This document shows positions 12,809-27,329 of a stretch of DNA of 64,000 nt, one piece after another. The notes beneath the pieces are model-generated. The model saw only the letters and a program-made list of their open reading frames with translations. It did no database searches and was not told the origin of the DNA. This DNA comes from Octopus sinensis (lineage: Eukaryota). The position numbers and the translations under genes are program-made. Each line of letters starts with the position of its first letter. Within the stretch, counting starts at the first letter, position 1. The stretch lies in NCBI RefSeq assembly GCF_006345805.1, contig NC_043014.1, forward strand, positions 44,950,001 through 45,014,000, given 5' to 3'.

Positions 12809-14997
12809 TGTGTCTACACAGAAAAACACATACACACATTTATGTGTATATGTGCACACATGTGTCTGTTCATGCATGTATATATACAAACACACACACA
12901 TTTTAAAGAGATTGTAATTCAAATATGCTCGCAACTAAGAGTTTATCTAAGAATGGTTCTCCTTAAAACATGGCTAAATTTCAATGCAATTTTCCATTTA
13001 ATGTTTTGAGTTGGTTTTGATTTTATTAGACATTCCTTTGAGAGTGAGAGGAGGAAAAAAAAATGAGAGCTGCTGATTTTGAAGAATGCAAAATTACAGA
13101 AAGTAAATAGATTTAACATCTGGTAGAATCTTGATTACCATAACTTTAGATAACAACAAATTTAAGATTCATTAAAATAAATAAAAACAAAAACAAGACA
13201 AGCATTATTAGTTGATTACCAAATTACCTAAAGAAAAAATGTAAGCACAACAAATATTAAAAACCATGCGGGATTAGGAGATGCTTGTTGAAGATTTAGA
13301 TGTTTTTAAAATTTTTTAAATTGAAGTTAACTGAAGGCAAATGGGGTTCGTATAAAGAGATTCAAAGAAAGTCTCTAATGATTAAATCAAGATCTAAGAT
13401 GGGAAGTAAAAAAAAAATATATATGTATAATGAAAATGAAAATATTCATTAAAGGACTTCAAAGGTGCCTTGGTTACATTTCTTTTAGTAAATAATATAC
13501 TTTGATTAGATTTCCTTAGGCAAATGGCTATATATAGATATAGAGTTTTTGGTGGGGTACCTTCATCAGTTCTACTAAAGCAAATCAATTGAGTATTTGA
13601 TTGATATTTTTTAATTTTGGTTACACTTGTTTTTGAGGTAGTTTTAACATTAGGAAGTCTATAATGGGAAACCTGACTACTATATTAAGCAGATTCAATC
13701 ATAACATGGAAGTTCTTACAGCTTAATTACAAACAGTTGTAATTATTTAGCAACAAGTCAATCCTAGTCACATAAAACTATGAATAAAGGCACGCCAGTC
13801 ATGACCATCCAATCTTTTAAGAAATATGTAAGGCTATATTATGCAATGTATCCTTCTATACATATATTTTTTAAACAATAAGGCATTTTTTGATGGGGAT
13901 TTGACTACTGTTTCCAGCAGGTTAAATCAACACATAGCAGCTTTCTTGTAGGCTTGCAATTACATGTGGTAATCAGTGAAGATGTAACAGATATATAATT
14001 AATGCTGTTGCATCCAGATGGATCCTTAGTTAATGCATTTCAATGCTGTAGTTTTTGCAGTAAGATGCACACATACAACTTAAGGATTAGTATCACAATA
14101 ATTTAGCTTCCATCCATTAAACCACCCAGAAATAAAAAAAAATAATAATAATCAGTGCAATATTCACAATTTCTTAGAAATTAATAACTATGGAGTATAT
14201 AAATAAATACTCAGGTATAAGAACAGGTAAGTGGATCTGATAATGGACTCACAATTCATTTGTCTGGAGTTAGCCCCAGATCAACCCTGACTGAGCAGAC
14301 TTATGATCAAAGACACTCCAACCACGACCATTTTGATTTTTTAAGACTAGTAAGACTATATTGTCTGATGCTCTTTCTTTAATTAAGATGTAAGGATGTA
14401 ATCTGAGAGTTTTTTTGGGGTTTTTTTTAAGCAAGTCAAGCAACCATGTAGGTGCTTGCATATTAGTCCACAGTTTAATTCACAAGTGTCCCTTGCTAAT
14501 ACACTTAATGTCAAATGTTTCCGTTTCCCTAGCTGTTGGGAAATCTTCAGGGAATGTTACCCTTCACAATCTGAAAGCCTGTCCAAGAAAGATTTATTTC
14601 CCATTTTCTTAGTAGCAAAACATGAAACTAAGCATTAGGCTGGCATCATGAGTCTCTGAAAACATATATGATAACACATGTCAGTGTCAGACTGAAAGAA
14701 TTCAGTCAACACAAGACTGATGGATAAATAATTCTTTTTAATATGATTGTATCAATTTCCTAGCACCATTGGTTTCCTGCAGGGCTAATCTGCATTTATT
14801 CAACCAGGATTTGAAATACTCTTCTCTACTAAATTTGACTCTCATCAAATTTAATGGTAGGCAAATTATTAAAATGTATAGCAACATATACATAAATATA
14901 AGGGGTCTTTGACTAATCTTTTTCTCCACAGCACTTAATGTTTTTGCAACTCCATAAGAACATAGTAAAAAAGAAGATTGTTCAGTAAGTATGTTTA

Positions 14998-15031
<34 letters not shown>

Positions 15032-16454
15032 ATGAAGGGATAGTTTATGTAAGAGAGTCTTGAATCATTAACCAAAGTATCTTGTTTTATACTAGATGCC
15101 AGATGGCATATTTCTTTTCTTCCAGCCTAAAGAGTTAAGCTGGCTTGTTAGTTTTAATGGAAATATATTGTAGATTTTATAGGAAAACTACCTACCTAGT
15201 CTGCTGCAATAAATGGCTTCACCCTAACACCAACCAAATATTCAACTTCCATACTGCCAAGCTGATTATGAAACCACATTGAACATTTAAGGTTGATGTT
15301 TATCCAATAATTGAGAAAGCATACAAGCTGAAATTTGGTGTTAGTTTTCTCACTGTGTCTGTTGACTAAATCTGGTTATTTACAGCACTCTGGCTGTGCC
15401 TGTTGACTAAAGGGATTTATTCCAGACATTTCTATCAATATCAAAGATCTAAAAGTATTTTCTTTTAGCATTTCTACCTAATTCATTAACATTTTTAGCA
15501 AATCCACCTAACTAAAAAATGCTTACTTTTAGTATATCTAGCAATTTTAGTTGGTTAAATATGCTTTTATAATGCAAAGTTTGTAAATTTACATAACTTT
15601 GTCTGCAGTAGGGAAAAAAAAGGACTGATATTTTGAGTTGAATCCTTTATTGGAGAGCAAAAATAATTTAGAAACGACTATAAATATTTCTTCCATATGC
15701 AGTAAGAAGTATGTTGACTTAAGTAAGAAGATGAGAGTTTAAGTTCCATGAAGTTCCAAATTCTTATTCTTGCTCATATTCCCAGTATATCTGTGTGTTT
15801 TACATCACACACACATATACATGAGAGAAAGAAAATAGAAATTTGACAACCTAGTGGGATTCAAACTTTTGCCTACTCATTATGGCCTTGATGAAATGAA
15901 CCCATGCCAGTATGGAAAGTGGACGTTAAATGACGATGACGATGATTACATGTATTCTACTAAATACATGCACACACACACACTCACACACACACACACA
16001 CAGCTTCTGATCCCCAGTTGTACTTTTTGTCAATCAGTGAAATCAACTGATTGGACCTCTCAAACTATATATTCATTCAGTACAGTTGATTCTCCAAAAC
16101 CGTCATATAGTCAAAACACAACAATCATAGTATATATTTTTAATCTAAACTATTTGGTTACTTCACTTAATAAACTCACATATATGAAATAATAAAACAA
16201 TCATCCATAAACAATTGAAAGAAAAAATAATAATCAAAAGAATCTATATAATCAAGAAAGGAATAATTTGAGATGAAAGAACTGATTGATTGAAACACCT
16301 TTATCATCTCTTTTATTATATCTTTCCTCATAACATTTCATTATTTAGTTCCAATCTTTTTCTTTTTCCTCTGCGCTATTTTAGGTTTTGATAAAAACAC
16401 TTGGCTAAGATGACTGTACGCAATAAAGTGGGGAGGGAGGGATATTAGTAGTTA

Positions 16455-16489
<35 letters not shown>

Positions 16490-17705
16490 ATTATGTGGAA
16501 ACCTATAAATGTAGGAATTCTATATAGAATCTATTAGTACGAAGATGAAACAATAACTAATATGATTAAGCTCTCTGATGAAGCAAGTTTTATTCAAGGA
16601 AAGAATTTATGACATAATGTAGATGAGAAGAGCCTGGGCTAATATTGATTGAGAAACTGATGCTACAAGCAGAGTTTCACTATTAGTAAATATTTATAAA
16701 AATAATCCACACACACAAAAAAAAAAATCACACCATTCTTAGAAAGAAGGAATGTATATTCACTGTTAAAAACTTGGTTTGGATTCAAAAGCTGCTTGTG
16801 AAATAGGTAAAGTGCATAGATTCTTAGTTCATAAATTGAAAACTAACTAAAATAAGGATTAATGATAGTTAACCCTTTTGATGCTAAACCACCTGAGACT
16901 GCCCTTGTTATTTTAATACAAAATAACTGTTTTAAAGTGTTCTATTGAAATTTAATATTATTTATATTACAAACACCAGCTTCTAAGTCAACATTTTAAT
17001 TCAACGTTTGATAGCAATGCTTGAGGATTTGGCTTGTTAAATGCAATAGGTTTCTCTAGCTGGATCAAACACTGAAAATGTCTTCAAGTTTTCCTTTTAA
17101 ATGCCTACTTTATATTCTAAGATTAGAAAATCTAATGAATTGTAATTCAAATGTGAATATTTTTCTAAAGACAGAAGATAATGATTAAATCATGAATAAT
17201 GTACAAGAGTTAAAGAGAAAATCTTCACACTAATCTACATTGCTCTTTTCCCTTTTCCTCTCTTTCTCCCTCCCTGTTGTTCATTGTGTTTGAAACTGAT
17301 CTCTGTTACAGGTTGAGAATCATCTGATAAATATACTACTAAATACAATACTACACTGTTATTAACAAGGCGGTAGTCTGTTTGTAGACAGTTTCTTTTA
17401 TATATATATATAATCTCCTTTTGAGAAATGCTGTTTTAACTCAACTTCTCTCTATCTTATCTTATTCCTAAAACAGACATTTCTTACCAGCTGGAGTAAT
17501 GTATTGTAGTAAACTCAACAGAAAGAGGTTTACTCTATATTTTCTCATCAGTTCTAATGAGTTATTTTTCTGCTCCTTATTATATAACTCCTCAGATATA
17601 GTTAGCCATAGTGGATCTTCCTTGATGAACCAAAGTCTTCATCTGTGTACTATGACTCAGCTATGAGGATTAGTTTGTAATGAGTAGTAGTCATTGCGAT
17701 ACTCA

Positions 17706-18735
17706 TGTAGCGTACCCTTAGTGAAATTAATCCTCTCTCTCTGACATAAATATAACATAAATACAGACGTAGCAGATAACAGCTAACCTTCAGCTGCTCG
17801 GGTCATGTTGTGTCCACTACTCTGATTGGTTGGTATTAGCACAGTTTGTCTCTTGCTGTATTATGCGCCAATGTGCGACCCAACCAATCACAGCCTTCTG
17901 ATAAGGTCCCATGACACAGTCTTCTAAATTCTCTGCTGGGGCTTATAATTTGCTATAAAACACAGTGATTCATCAAATTGACCATCTTTGGTTCTCACCA
18001 CTGACCGCAGAGCACTCAGCCATGTTCCAGTGACACACAGCCAGTTCCAGCGACACAGCCAGTTCCAGCGACAGACAACACCACTAGCAGTATTTCTGGA
18101 CCTCCACATACGTCACCTTCATTTTAACGTCGTCTCCACCACCATTGCCTTCATCTTAATGATGCCAACAGCAACTTCACCTAGGTTTAACTTCTCACTA
18201 TTTGTGAATACTTCATCATGGTTAACAGTAAGCTCAACCTGTGAGTACTTTCTGTACCAAGTAACCCAGCACAGCATTAGCAGCCACAACCACTACACTA
18301 CATCTGTTCAACAAGCTCTGCCTTGTGACCTCAACCTCACTGTTACAGAATTTCTACTATTGTGTACTTTACTACAGGCTGTTATTTATCTTCATCTTGG
18401 GTCTGAACTTCTATAGTTCTGTTATAGACTCATTTCTATGCTCTGTATTTTATCTCACATGCATACACCCTTGTTTGTACACACATGCACGACGGCCTGT
18501 CTATTATTATTGTTCCTATTATATATGTACTTATGACGCACACACACTCTGCTACCCACATGTTAACATCTAAATAAACCTTTCTCTTAAATATACTATG
18601 GTTGTGTCGTCTTCTCTTTTCCTTTCTGGCACCTGTATTCATTCATCCATATTTTGGCTTTTATTGTAAGGTGACCGTGCAGTGTTCAAAGGAGTCATTC
18701 ATTCGTCACCTCTCCTTTCGCACAGTCGTTCTACA
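17706..18735 (+). mobile_element. Probable solo LTR (~1.03 kb)
   Basis: TGTAG...CTACA inverted termini, GC-richer body, CCAAT boxes (~17820-17890), TATAAAA at 17954-17960 and AATAAA at 18573-18578 in U3-R-U5 order. No matching TSD seen. Confidence 0.55.
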
Positions 18736-20188
18736 AGTTCCTTCACAATTTCTGACTGTAACACAGTGAGGTAACTCTCATGATATGTTGGAGACACATG
18801 AAAAAAGATTTAGCAGCTGCTTCATTTGATGTATATGCCTGAATAGTACAGTAAAAATGTTATCCAGTGGTGAATGAAAAGTGAAATATAAAAGATGACA
18901 GGATGCTAAGATGATGGAGTCAGATGCCTATGGATATAAAATTATTTCATTTTCAATATTCACTAACATTCCAGTTTGGTTTTATGCTCTAAGCCGATTG
19001 TAGGTAGAGTTTTATGTCCATGTGATACTAGAAAACATTAGTCAGTGTGCTGATACTTAAACATGATGGTATTATTGATGCTTAGAAACTTCAGGTGTTG
19101 AATAGGATTCATATTCACCCTGGAATCCAAATGATTCCACAATATTTTCTTTCCTTGGGTAAGAATAGTGTTTTACACGGAAACGAACATAGTTCCATGA
19201 GCTTTCCCCGCTTTTCTTCAGCGGGAGAATTGTTATATATAGAATGATATTACATTTTACATATCTTTGAGTTAGAGCATTGTTATATATACAAAGATTG
19301 GTTTCCATTGGGTTTTCATATGTTTTCAAAAGGTTTCCTTATTCATAGCAAGGAGTTCACCCCACTGTATATCAATGTCCTTCAGTGGGAATATTGTTTC
19401 ACACAGAAGGAAAATGCTAAAGAAGATCAATATCACATGTACACCTACTCCCATATACTTCATAAACACAAGATTTAGTATACTAACAGTCAACTTGATG
19501 ATCATTCTCTTGTAAAGCTCATACAGTTGACAAATTTTCATATATCGTTGTATTCTCAGTATTTTTTAAAAGCTCACATACACACACACACATGCACACA
19601 GGACCATAAACATAATGTAGTTTATGTCACTTTTCCTGTAAGTGCTGTACTGTACACCAAAATTCCTGCTAATTACAAATCTTCCCAAGCTACACTTGCT
19701 TTTTTGATAGCAAATCTTTACCACCAACCACTGTAAGAATTTTAACATCATCTTCACTGTGAATATTCCTGTAGTACACAGAAGGAGAAAATCTCTGCTC
19801 TTACTATACGCATCTCTTAATTTTACATGGTCATGTTTGCATCTCCTTCTTTCTTCTTCCACTGGTTTCAATCATGACACTATGGCTGGGTTGGGGTGCT
19901 TTTATTACTGAGACCCACAAAATAATAGATCGCTTATATAAACAGGAAGAAAGACTATGAATAGGGACACTTCAACCCTGATTTAGAATCTCAGCATAGA
20001 TAAAGCCAAAATCAAAAAGATTTGCTGTGTTTTGAAACTTTAGTGACTGAGTAAACTTCTGGTAAAAGACTGAGGGAATGGCAAATGGTTACAAGCTCAT
20101 ATAGAATACAGTGGTTAACTGGAACCACTACTTTAATATCAATTGATTCTCCATGCAAAGATGTACCTCAACATTTCCAAGTCTCTCT

Positions 20189-20775
20189 TTAACCCTATAG
20201 TGTTTAAACCAGCCATATCAGGCCAAAATTGTTTTCCTGTTTTATGCTTAAACCAGCCAGCTCTGACCTCTCACACCTACCCTAAAAATAAACAGGGTCA
20301 TCATCAAAATCTCAGAGTTACAAGATGCTGTACAATTATCGGTGGCACATAAAAAACACCATCCGAGCGTGGCCGTCTGCCAGCCTCGTCTGGCACCTGT
20401 GTCGGTGGCACATAAAAAAACACCATCCGAGCGTGGCCGTCTGCCAGCCTCGTCTGGCACCTGTGTCGGTGGCACATAAAAAACACCATCCGAGCGTGGC
20501 CGTCTGCCAGCCTCGTCTGGCACCTGTGTCGGTGGCACATAAAATCACCCACTACACTCTCGGAGTGGTTGGCGTTAGGAAGGGCATCCAGCTGTAGAAA
20601 CACTGCCACATCTGACTGGCCTGGTGCAGCCTTCGGGCTTCCCAGATCCCCAGTTGAACCGTCCAACCCATGCTAGCATGGAAAGCGGACGTTAAACGAT
20701 GATGATGATGATGATGATGAATGTAATTTAATAGGCTTTACATTTGACAGATTAATCTGAATGCTAAAGGGTTAA
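20189..20775. mobile_element. TTAA-flanked MITE interrupted by a family C SINE (20340-20720) that has three 62-bp internal repeats
   Basis: TTAA|CCCTATAG ... CTAAAGGG|TTAA termini. The SINE with repeated GGTGGCACATAAAAAACACCATCCGAGCG units lies inside. Confidence 0.8.
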
Positions 20776-22315
20776 GGAACTACTGAAGGTGCCAAGTGTC
20801 TTAGTCTCCAAAAGCCTGTCACAATAGATCTTCTTTAGTTTCAGCATGGGGAAATAACAAGACAATTGCAGTTTGAATCTTTATAGTTCTTGGCAGAAGC
20901 AAATTGTATGAAGATCACCAATTTCATTTTTTTGTTTTTAATAATAAACTGTGAATATGTATCTATAATCTAAAACATGAACCCCAGTACTCTATTAATG
21001 AACCAAAATCCAGTTACTACATTCACACAAACAAGAAGCAAATATACATAATCGTGTGTATATAATAGCGGGCAAACAGAGCTGGTAGACTGGCATTCAG
21101 ACAGGTGTGTATATTTGGCTCAAACCAGTTAGATAAGGTCAAATAAGCATTTCACGTTCAAATGCTGTATAGGTGCCAAAGAAATTTAACAATATGGAGC
21201 CAAGTCTGCACTACTTGGCAGACACATCAAGAATGTCTTGTTCAGCGGGCAAAAAAATTTTAAAATGTAAATCACTGCTAAATATATTGCAATACACATG
21301 GAGAAATTTGCATAATTATGTGTTAATTGATGCATCTATGTATAGAGTGAATTGTATGCATACACACTAATTGGTGTTTCATCTATAAACAAAATTTATG
21401 GTTTCAAATTACAAATATAAAAGAAAAGTAACAAACATTACGAACGGTTAATTTATATCCACAATGTGCATGTACAGGCACACTTAAGTATGATGCTGTC
21501 GATGATGATGATAGTCGTTACCTCATTATCATCTTCATCACCATAAACAAGACAGCAATCATGACAAGATGATTTGTCATGACCATCCTGTGTAGTCTAA
21601 TAATCTCAATCATGTTTATAATTGAAGAGTATGATTATGATGGCTACAAAGATGAACATGGTGGCAATAATGACAACGATGATCATGCTCGTACTAATAC
21701 TGATGATGATTAAGATTTTAATTCCTATGGCCATTTTTCAGAATGCATACTTCCATCAGCCATTAACCTAACGATCATCATCATTATCAATGCTACCACC
21801 ATCACTAACTATCACAGTCACATCCAATAACTCCCTCATTATCATCAGCAGCTTTATTTTTCTCTCTTTTTTTTTCTGTGGGAAACTCGTAAAATCCACT
21901 AGATACAAACATAAATCATACTCAAATACAACCACAGACGAAATAAGCTATGTAAGCAACCTGATGTTAAAAGTCAAACAATTTTAAATTTGGTGATTAT
22001 CATGTCGTTATTTACATCATTCCCTTGATCACTTGCCGCCTGCTACAAAAACATGGCATCATCACATCACTATCATCACTTCATTCAGAAGATTAGGCTG
22101 AGAAATGAATAAATAAATGAATGCACACACACACATGAAGATCCACTGCAAGGCAGCTTGCACAAGTATATCTACTATAGTTCCAGTGGATTTGGTAGAC
22201 AGAAACTAAGAAGCTTATTGTGTGTGTAGGTGTGTGTGCTTGTGCATATGGGTGTGCTTATAGTTCCTGTTGCCTTTACATATGTTGGATGGTTGTAAAC
22301 ACAGGCCTCATATAT

Positions 22316-22760
22316 TTCTTTACTGCCCACAAGGGGCTAAACATAGAGGGGACAAACAAGGACAGACAAAGGGATTAAGTCGATTACATCTACCCCAGTG
22401 CATAACTGGTACTTAATTTATCGACCCCGAAAGGATGAAAGGCAAAGTCGACCTCGGCGGAATTTGAACTCAGAACGTAGCGGCAGACGAAATACTGCTA
22501 AGCATTGCGCCCGGCGTGCTAACGTTTCTTATTTTTTTATTGCCCACGAGGGGCTAAACATAGAGGGGACAAACAGGGACAGACAAAGGGATTAAGTCGA
22601 TTACATCGACCCCAGTGCGTAACTGGTACTTAATTTATCGACCACGAAAAGATGAAAGGCAAAGTCGACCTCAGCGGAATTTGAACTCAGAACGTAATGG
22701 CAGACAAAATACAGCTATACATTTCACCTGGCGTGCTAACATTTCTGCCAGCTCGCCGCC
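22316..22760 (-). mobile_element. Two head-to-tail family B SINE copies
   Basis: 22316-22527 and 22531-22760 both match the family B consensus. Confidence 0.9.
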
Positions 22761-23033
22761 TCATAAGCAAACAGTGTCATTTGCGTGCAACCCACCATGA
22801 AAGCATGTCTGGGCTTCATGACATGTCTTTCCATGGTGTGGACTGTTTGTTGTTTGACAGACTGGGAGATTATTACCTTGCTTGGAAACAGGTATTCACT
22901 TGGTGTCAGGAAGGGCATCCAGTTGGATAAAAATCTGCCCCAACTTACATTTGTCAGACCCATAAAAGCATGGAAAAGATGATACGCACACTTACATACA
23001 TACATGCATACATACATTTTATACACATATACA

Positions 23034-23225
23034 TTGGCGTTAGGAAGGGCATCCAGCTTGGCGTTAGGAAGGGCACCCAGCTTGGCATTAGGAAGGGCAT
23101 CCAGCTTGGTATTAGGAAGGGCATCCAGCTTGGTGTTAGGAAGGGCATCCAGCTTGGCATTAGGAAGGGCATCCAGCTTGGTATTAGGAAGGGCATCCAG
23201 CTTGGCGTTAGGAAGGGCATCCAGG
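23034..23225 (+). repeat. 8 x 24-bp tandem array of the family C SINE core, followed by the SINE 3' end (to 23348)
   Basis: Unit TTGGYRTTAGGAAGGGCATCCAGC repeated eight times with no spacers. Confidence 0.95.
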
Positions 23226-24803
23226 TGTAGAAACTCTGCCAGATCAAGATTGAAGCCTGGTGCAGCCAACTGGTTCGCCAGACCCCCTCAGTCACACGTC
23301 CAACTCATGCTAGCATGGAAAGCGGACGTTAAACGATGATGATGATGATACATATATGTTGAGCAAGAACTGCTTGACAATTTGCAAATTCTGAATATTA
23401 CAGAACAAAAAAGAAGAAAAAAACCAGCAGCCATTCAGCTTAGAATTGATAGAATTTAACAGCAGATAATTAGATAGTTAATAAGTAGGTTGCAATAAAA
23501 TTGAAGAAGAATTTGTGAAAAGTGGGGGAGGAGGGGGGAGGAAGAAAGAAAATACAGAAAACAGGGAAAAATATCTATAGATATTATATAATTAGAAAAT
23601 GTTCAACTGAAGATAAAAATTTTAAATGTTTGTTGTGTCTTGTTTTATTTTATAATGGGATGGATAAAAGCAGTTGAGATTTTTTTTTGTCAGTCACAAG
23701 ATTTACACTGTTTATAGCTTTAAGGAAGTTCAGAACTACATATTTCTCTATGCATAAGGACTATACATATTCACATTGCATACATGTGTATGTGTGTCTG
23801 TGTGTGCGTGTGTGTGTGCGTGCACGCGTTTGCATGCCTGTCGGTCTGTTTACTTGTAACATATATCTATCTCGTATATCTGTATAGTGTATCTAAGTAT
23901 GTGCGTATGTACGTATTTATTCCTGTAATTATTGCAAGCTAGCCAATTCTTAACTATATATTCATCTGACTGTTTTCTCATCTATCTTTAAATCTTTGGC
24001 TGTTCCTTCACCTAACCAGCTGCCCCCTCCCAATACACCATCCATGCATCCATTCATTCATTTACCCATCTGTCTATCTATAGATTCATTATTTATTATT
24101 TTTTTATTTTTTGCCTGTACACTAAAGTACACAATATTTGATAGTATCCTTTTCAGTAAATGCTTCCAGTTTTTCCGTCCTTTAATGAAACCCAATGTCT
24201 GTAAGAAACAGAGTTCTAGGAAACTGTCTGAGGTTGGTATCAGCAAAAAAGTATACAGTGACCTTTCTTAGGCCATCGGTTATGACTTGTTCTTTGGATT
24301 GCAAAAATGACACAAAATATGTCTGTTGTAATAGTAGTAGTAGTTTTTAACATTACTAATACTAAATAATGATGATTTCTTTTGGTTAAGTATACAATAA
24401 CTGTGGGCAAGATATTGAGACCAAACAATATATTTCTGGTACTTATTTACTGACCTCTATGGGATGAAAGGTAAAAATCCTCTAACAGAAATTTCACAAA
24501 GCCAATGCTGTTTGGTTGGGGCAGGTATGGTTTGTATTTATTTCACCAATACTGGTACTTGTTTTATGAAACCCACAAGTGTGCATTTCATTGAATCCAG
24601 AAGGATGAAAGGCAAAATTATTGCAGTGAGATTTAAGTTCATAATGTGTAGTATTGAAACCAAAAAGTGTAATGTATCTAGTTAGAATCCCCAACTTTCT
24701 CACAATGTAAAACTCTTAAAAATATTTAACAATAATGATTTCTATTCTCATTTAAGCCCAGATATTATGGCGGTGGATATAATTAATTCAACCAGTCACA
24801 TTA

Positions 24804-25021
24804 TGATGGGGTGCTGAAAAGTTCCTGTCTTTAGGTAAAAGAAAATACAAGAGGATCAGTTAATTGTGATTTTATTCAATATATTCCCCTTTCAGATTTA
24901 CACACTTATTACAGCAGCAGTCATTCAGATTTGCTATGCCCTGTAAAAGAACCCAGAAGTTTTGAGCTTCCAACCAGGCCTTTCATGATACTCTTAAAGC
25001 CAGGATCTTTTCAGCACCTCC
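24804..25021. mobile_element. Tc1/mariner-like MITE
   Basis: TIRs GGGGTGCTGAAAAGTTCCTG / CAGGATCTTTTCAGCACCTC with flanking TA. Confidence 0.75.
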
Positions 25022-25109
25022 TAATATTTGACAGGTATTTGTTTATCAACCCCATTAGGATAAAAAGTAAAGTTGACTCCAGTTGTATTCAAGCTAATGT
25101 AATGGTATA

Positions 25110-25490
25110 AAATCAAATCAAAATCGAAATCGATCAGTATCAATGGAATTTGTAGTTGTGGTACCAGTGCCGGTGGCACATAAGAGAACCATCCGAACGT
25201 GGCCATAGCCAGCACTACATCGACTGGCCTCCGTGCTGGTGGCACATAACAAACACCACTCGATCGTGGCCGTTGCCAGCCTCGCCTGGCCTACGTGTCG
25301 GTGGCACATAAAAAGCACCCACTACACTCACGGAGTGGTTGGCGTTAGGAAGGGCATCCAGCTGTAGAAACACTGCGAGATCTGACTAGCCTGGTGCAGC
25401 CTTCGGGTTTCGCAGACCCCAGTTGAACCGTTCAACCCATGCTAGCATGGAAAGCAGATGTTAAACAATGATGATGATGATGATGATGAT
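25110..25490 (+). mobile_element. SINE family C
   Basis: Core and (GAT)n tail. A diverged copy follows at 26600-26900. Confidence 0.85.
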
Positions 25491-27329
25491 CACAAGACAT
25501 AGAGTCTGGCACTTTACTGGCTTTGTGATCCAGATGAATGAAAATAAGATAAAGAACAACAACTATAATAATAATTATAATCTCTCCTGACGTATTGTAA
25601 ATATTATTTTCTTTTACTATATTCTTGTATCATGAATATGACGTGAAGGAAAAAACATAATAAACTGAAACAAACTGCATATAAAGAGAAAATAGTTAAT
25701 CAACTTTGATGAAACAATAATGAAGAACAGAATAACGAGGTAGTGGCAGAGGAGGGGAGTAAAAAATTAAAAATGGTCTTCAACTTTGAATACAAAATCA
25801 CCTGATAAACATAATTAGTAGCTAGGCTGTGTGTTTGGACTGAAACTATTTCGCTTGTTTAATCTTAACAGATGTTTTTAACCAATACAATAACGATGAT
25901 AAACAATTTGATGAGAAAGTTTGCCACAAAACATTTGGCAACAAATTAACTACTTGGAATGTATTAATTTCATGAAGTTTACACGGTTCCTTTACAGAAA
26001 CTATTATTAATTTCTGTATTGATGATTATTCTTTTTTGTTTTGTCTGCGTACATTTTTTTCATTCTTGCACAGGTTGGATGATATTGCAAATTTAGGTTT
26101 ATACATAAATTAGGCCTAAAATGAAGTTGTTAGTTGCTGGCAATTTTCTGGTTAGCTGTCAGTAATTTTCTGGAGAGAGAGAAAACCTTAAGCTTCAATA
26201 CTCTATTCTATTACAGTTATACCAATTTCTCAGTCATTTCTGAGAGTAAGATACTTTCAGTAGAAAAGGTTTCATTGAACAGATCTGAATAGAAAATATT
26301 TCATAGAACAGAATGGTTCAAACGTATGTTCATCCACCCCTCAACCATTCCCAAACTTTATAGTCTGTCTCCTCATCCTTTCATCTTCTGCTATTCATAC
26401 AATCTTGCAAACCGCTCATCTACCCACTTCTATTCACCTTGTGGGGCCACCTGGACTCCTCATTGATATAATCTATCCCTTTGCAGCTCCTACTACTCAT
26501 TTTCTTTTTCTTCTCCCTCTCCATCCCCTACTAAATGTGTATAGCCATACCGGTCCTCTACAAGAACCTGCTCTGACATCCTTGCTTCTCAGAGTTTAAC
26601 ACCTCATCTCCTGGCATGAAGATGACCTTACTTTACTCACTTCCCCCAGAGTTTGTAGTCTTGCAAGCTGTATGGCAACCTCAATAGAGCAGGTGGCATA
26701 AAAAAAGCACTCAGTATACACTGTAAAGTGGCTGGCATTAGGAAGGGATCCAACCAGTAGAAACCATCCCAAAGCAAACATTAAAGTACAATGCAGTGCT
26801 TGGACTCATCAAATCCTGTTTAACCATCCAACTCATGCCACCCTGGGACACAGACGTTAAATGATAATGGTGATGATGATGATGATGATGATGATGATGC
26901 TACATTATTTACAATGGACGGATAAGTGTCCTCATATTGCTTGTTGTTACCACATTTCAAATGATGTACCCGCCATCTTTCATCAGGTGTTCTGGTGGAA
27001 TTTCGAACCCAACCTTTGTTTCACTAAAAAACTGTTTGTTTTAAGACATTCCAGTTATGACCATACAATTTAAAAATTTTATTGGAGGTGAGTGGGTGGG
27101 GCATAGATTGCCCTCAACTGCATTATCTAATGTGTCCCCCCCTTTTTTTTTCTAAGATTGTAGGGTGTGGTTTGGGGGAGATTAGGCTGGCATTTGAAGC
27201 AAGCCAAGCCACCAAACTGATACTTCATTATTGGTGGCTGTTGTTGTTTGTGATAATAATTTTGATGATGACAATGATGATGCAGAAACCAGTAAAGTTC
27301 TTTATTGCTATACTGAATAGTTACTTATT

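Noticed and set aside
12633-13009. Multiple overlapping YIYI/HTHT/CVCV ORFs
   Set aside because: Translations of stop-free TA/CA microsatellites; the same applies to many other ORFs in the track.
17988-18416. 142-aa ORF inside the putative LTR
   Set aside because: Non-ATG start, no domain similarity, and it includes a short internal tandem repeat.
19072-19871. Three consecutive minus-strand ORFs as a gene or transposase
   Set aside because: No clear motif or splice signals. There is only a faint resemblance to decayed Tc1/mariner sequence that I cannot support.
23034-23225. CRISPR-like 24-bp repeat array and its repetitive ORFs (DALPNAKL)n
   Set aside because: No spacers, no cas genes, eukaryotic context; the unit is a SINE core.
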